A DNA stretch of 64,000 nt, taken from the human T2T-CHM13v2.0 reference genome, Homo sapiens. Of the stretch, positions 59,225 through 64,000 are shown in pieces. The DNA lies in assembly GCF_009914755.1 (NCBI RefSeq), contig NC_060942.1, one strand, 5' to 3'. The translations under genes and the position numbers were made by a program. Numbering within the stretch: the first letter of the stretch is position 1; each line of letters opens with the position of its first letter. Below the pieces are notes generated by a model. The model saw only the letters and a list, made by a program, of their open reading frames with translations, was not told the DNA's origin and ran no database searches.

Positions 59225-59241
59225 CAGCGCCACCTCGTGTC
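59225..59241 (-). promoter_or_regulatory. Candidate CTCF motif
   Basis: The minus strand reads gacacgaggtggcgctg, close to the CTCF core CCACNAGGTGGCGCT, in unique DNA. Confidence 0.55.
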
Positions 59242-61659
59242 CACCTAAAAAAACTCCCTGGCAATCATCTTTGCGGAAATTGGCCCCAGTAACTTCCATG
59301 AAATAGGGCAAAGAAAATAAATCCATCAAAGCTGACTGGATAACAGAGAGAAATGCCAGCTGAAAGCATTTTTGACTGTTGATGACTTCAAAAGCCAGGA
59401 AACTTAATCCTAGCCTTATGTTTCTTTCTCCGTGCCCAAAAGGCAGCCGAGCTCGTCACTAAACCAGCGGAGGTGAAACAGGTCACTAAGTTTATAATGT
59501 AGTTGGTTACTGGCTTTCATTTTTTCTCTGCATCCTGGCAGCAGGATACAGGCAGCTTGTTATAACTTAGAGGGGGCTCCTGGAAAGCCTGCTTGCTGGG
59601 TGTATTTCTGTAGGCGTGGGCTCACTGGGAATATTATTACCTCATGGAGTCACGAGTTTAATAGCATTTCTTCCACTTCATTCAGCACAGCACCAAGTTA
59701 CAGTGACTCTGGCTGCAGCACATTGCAGACACACATTGTTCTCTGCAGCATCACGTCTTCACGGTCCCATGTGGGTCCCAACCGCGCTGCCTGCTCTTGC
59801 ACACATGCGCCATTCTCACACCTGCAGGCTCTCTGGCGGGGTCTTCTCCACCTCCTACATCCCTCGCTGGTTTGCACCTCTCTCTACCCCTTTTCTCTCC
59901 CTTATTCTCCTACCTCCCTCTTCCCGCCGCCTTTCCTTCTACTCTGTCATAATGACTATCATTTGCGGCACCTGCCATCGCTTTGCACATCATTTGCCAC
60001 TTGAGATATTTCTGCGTCTGTCTCGCAGCTTAGGAGACTGTGGCTCCTGGAGTTGAACACAATCAGGGGAGAGGAGTGCTCTGCTCTCCTCATGCCGCTT
60101 GCAGTCTCCTGAAGTCCTTGCCACCGAGGGAGCTTCACTAGCAATTACACTCCTGACCACCCGATGCCCCTCTGGCTCCTCTTAGAAGAGGAGAGGAGTG
60201 ATTTCATCACCTGGTGAGTTCCTAAGGAGAACAGGGTTTGTGCAGCGCAGTCCCCAATGCCCTGCCCCTTACAAGAGTGAGGCCACCTGCAGACAGCCTG
60301 CATCTGGTGCACCTGTTCCTTCTCCCCATCTGTACATTTCACAGGGCCACTCCGTCCCTGTGCTGCAGAGGAATGGGTGGGGGAGGCTGTCCAATCTGGA
60401 GGCTCAGGGGTGGAGAAGCCCACCCCACAGATAGAAACCATGACCTCCACCATCAACCCTGTCAGTAATGAAGGTATTTTCATTTCCCACCTCTCTTGCT
60501 GCAGACCTTTCATGTGTTCTTCACTGGGACACCTTGAACTCTTAACACTTAGGAAAACATTTTTTTTCTAATCCAGAGCAGAAAGTTTGGAAGTTTAAAT
60601 TCTAGCTTCACATGATTCAACCCCAAATGAGGTTTTTTTTTTTTTTCTTTTTTAATTCGAACCAATTTGCTGCGATGTAGAGAATGTTCTGGATTGGCGA
60701 TCAGAAGGTACGGGCTCTACACAGGGCTTGGAGCTTTCCAGCTTTGCAGCTTTGAGTGAGAACCTGCTCTAGGCTTCGGTTTCCCCATCATGGCTTCTGT
60801 GATTCCAGGATCAAGAGTTGGCCATTTAGAGGTACCAAGAAGAGGTGATGCTCACTTTTTAAGTCCTTCATCTACTTGAAATGAGCTACTGCTTGTTTAA
60901 CTTTTCTCTTTTTGGAAAAGTTAATGCTTTTTCCAGAGACAGCAAATTCATGGAGCATTTGTCTAGGACTCCCCCCCAATCCCTTCCCCTTCCCCCAGCC
61001 TCTATCACAGTTAAGAACAAGCCTCAGGCCTTCTTTATTTGTTGTTATTCACCCCGAGCATGGAGCTGCCAGGATGTTAGATTTTTTTTTTTTTTGAGCC
61101 CAAAATTGGGACACTTGGATTAACAAATTATTTTTTATTTGACTTGTAAATTTGTCCCAAAGTTACCCGCTTTGAATCACATCGAGGTATGCATTTACTA
61201 CTTTGGCTTTATTGAGAAGAATGACATAATGTGAATTGTGGAGAAACTGTAGAGCTTAAAGTCACCTATAGGAAAGTAGAAGAGGCAGCAGTTCCATGGC
61301 CTCTGTTTTGCAAAGACAGGCAAGAATAGGAGGTGAGAAAGGGATGCAGTTTGTCCCCTCCCAACTGCAGCCTCACTCTTCACCTCAACCTCACTCTAGT
61401 TTTAAGATATTTTAGTACCATTTTGAGTTATCATTTCCCTTGAAATAATTACTTGCTTCCTAAGACCTTGATACACTGAACACTACCCATACCAGATACA
61501 ATCTACATTCTGAGTGGCCAACACCATATTTTCATCCCAAGTTCAAGTCCACCTCTCTTGCCACAGAAAAGAATGGGCTCTGTCCTGGACTTACAGGCAA
61601 GGGAAGAATTGGAGTGGAATGTGATTCATGGGATGCATGTTGGTTTTGATGCCATTCTA

Positions 61660-61804
61660 GAAAATTGACAGATATTGGCTCCTTTGTTCCTCCTTTTTTC
61701 TTTGGTGAATTCATTTCTCCTCTCTGGTTAATGCCATCTATATGCTGTTAATTCCAAAACTGGTATCTCCATCCTGGACATGTCCTCCAAGTTGCAGATA
61801 CGTG

Positions 61805-61849
<45 letters not shown>

Positions 61850-62800
61850 TATATATATATATATTTATAAATATATATGCATATAATTATTGCCTCCTCA
61901 TCAGGAGGAGGAAACATTTGGATGCCTGACAGGAATCGCAAAGTTAGTAATCCCCAAACTAAGCTCCAGATATTTTCCTCCCATGTCTGCTCTTTCCTAG
62001 CCTTCTTCATCTTTCATCTCAAAAAGTGGCTTCTTTCTGGCAGCTTGGGCCAAACCTTGGAGCCGTCTTTGACTGCTCTCTCTCACATCCCGTATCTGAT
62101 CTGTCACCAAATCTGGTCATCTCCACCTTCCAATTATACCCAGGTTTTGATCATTTTCTTTACTTTCCCTGCTGCTACCTTGGTCTCAGCTGTCCACATC
62201 TGTTGCTTGGACATCTACAGTAGCCCCTAGCCAGTCTCCCTTGCTGCCTCCGATCCCTCTCAGCCCAGCAGCTTACATGATCCTGTTAAAACACATCAGA
62301 TCATAGCACTCTGCTGAAAACCCTTCTGATGGCTGTCTATGTCATTCAGAGTAAAATCTGCTACATTGTACTCTTAGCTGCCTCTGTTTCCTCTCTGCTC
62401 TCATCTCCTCATTCTGTTTCTGCTGCATTGATCTCTCTGCTTTTCTTTATGCTAGGCATGCTCTCGCCCCGCATCTGTGCACTGACTGGGTCCTCTGCAT
62501 GGATGCTCTTTCCTTGGAGTCCATGTCGCTCACGCCCCACCTCCTGCAGCTCTTTGCTCCAATGCGTGGCCCTCCTCTGGCTATTCTAAAATTGCACCCC
62601 TCACCACCAATTGTGTCCTTGCCACTATCTCTGCTTTATGCCCTTTGCATTTATTATTGTTTAATATACTCCGTATGCTACTTATTTATACTGTTTTCTC
62701 CGGAAGAAGGCAAGCTCTGTTAGGATGGGGTTATTCCCAGCTATGTTCCCAGCAAGTAGATCCAGGTGCTCAGTGAATATTTGTTGAATAATTGAATGAA
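61660..62800 (+). mobile_element. L2 (L2a-like) 3' portion
   Basis: 'catctatatgctg...ccaaaactggtatctcc' and 'gatcctgttaaaacacatcagatcat', ending 'gtgctcagtgaatatttgttgaataattgaatgaa'. Confidence 0.8.
61801..61882. repeat. Compound (CG)n(CA)n(TA)n microsatellite inside L2
   Basis: cgtgcgcgcg followed by ~18 CA units and then TA repeats. Confidence 0.95.
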
Positions 62801-64000
62801 GATGAGGGACAAATTGCAGATGAGGAGGAGAAAAGGGATGATGTAAGTGTTTCCCCTCATGTGGGCATCTGGAGATTGAGCAGGCAGTCACTCATTTCAG
62901 CAACGGCAGGTGGGCTTGTGATGGGGTTGGGGAGGAGGAAGGAGACTCACTGGAGTGTCCTGCTCCAGTGGGAGTTAACTCAAAACAGGACCATGTTCAG
63001 AAATCAGAAACGATATTACTAGAGGTTTATTTTCTGCTTAGAGTTATTATTTAACTTCATTTGATTGAACAGACATTTACTGAGTAACTGCCTTGCCAGA
63101 GTGCTGGAGGCTGAGGGTACAATGGTCTCTGCTCTCATGTAGAGTAAGACTGAGGTGATAAATTCACACATAAATAGATCCTTCAGTATGGAGCAGTGCA
63201 TGCAGTGCCGAAGCACTCCATCCAGGGTCTACACTTCCTCCTAGTCTCTTCAGTCACTTTCTCCTTTGAATGTTTACCAGCTTGTGGAGGAGAGTATATC
63301 TGGACTGGCAGTGGGGGAAGGGAGAAACTGTGCATTTACTCAAGAAGCACCTCATGGATGAGAGCCCTCAGGAAAGGTAATCGAGGACAATCATTGCCAT
63401 ATAGTACTTTGATGGCCTGACCCCCTGTATTAAGAACTTACTGTTTACTTTGAATACATTTTAGAAATTTTCAGTGCCTAGTAACTTCTCTCTGCAAAGG
63501 GAAATTAATAAACCCTTCCTTCCACGAGAGGAGTAGTTTAGGGTGTGACTGGGTGAGCCTGTCTTCACCTTGATTCCTGTGCGTAACCTGCAGCTCACCC
63601 CTGCTCTGTCACAGAGTCATTTTGGGGTGTGGTTAGTTGTTTGTCTATTCTGTCCTCTCTGGGAGACTGAACTCCTTCTTTAGCGGTTGGCTGGGCACAC
63701 TGTGGACAGGGAAACTTCCTGAGCAAAACCAGAAGTATTTCTATGACTTGGTGTTTGAAACAAAGACAGCGCTTTGTTGAGAATGAAACATCCTCTTTGG
63801 GATTGAGTCTGCTTTTCTCAAGGGTTACTTTGAGCTCAAATGCTTAATCATCCTTCCTCCAGGTGCCAGAGATAATTTTTCCAGAAAGACTTTCCAGGCG
63901 TTTCTTCCCCACCACCCACAGTCTGGATCAAATGCCTCCTTCATGTGCCTCAAGCACCCCAAATTTCCTTTGTTCCAGCCCATCCAGAGTCAGACCAAAC

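Noticed and set aside
59600-60056. Overlapping 134-aa and 146-aa ORFs as a coding exon
   Set aside because: Both have non-ATG starts, low-complexity S/L/P/H content from a pyrimidine-rich tract, and no known homology.

Overview
Hominoid primate (probably human) non-coding euchromatin, intergenic or deep in an intron. I can support no intact host protein-coding exon, RNA gene or CRISPR array, and nearly all ORF-track entries are chance ORFs or repeat-derived. Roughly half of the window is interspersed repeat. Main contents: (1) a full-length ~6.03 kb L1PA2/L1PA3-type LINE-1 on the minus strand (43150-49183, 13-bp TSD). Its ORF1 and ORF2 are dead, its antisense ORF0 is open, its YY1 site is mutated and it has an extra splice donor. 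It is nested in a near full-length old L1MB-like element. (2) Two old processed pseudogenes on the minus strand, RAC1 (~17800-18720) and PPIA (~22050-22635). (3) A decayed ERVL-class provirus with MER77/MER68/MER21-type LTRs, a tRNA-Leu PBS and a protease motif (22741-26874). (4) Many solo LTRs, Alus, MIR/L2 fragments and hAT DNA transposon fossils. (5) Several local duplication or template-switch scars and candidate regulatory sites (CTCF motif, recursive-splice-like motif, enhancer-like unique DNA). I see no convincing new multi-gene system. The best testable hypothesis is an L1 antisense-promoter-driven spliced transcript running rightwards into candidate exons at 58-60 kb. Repeat subfamily names come from recalled consensus sequences and need RepeatMasker/Dfam confirmation.
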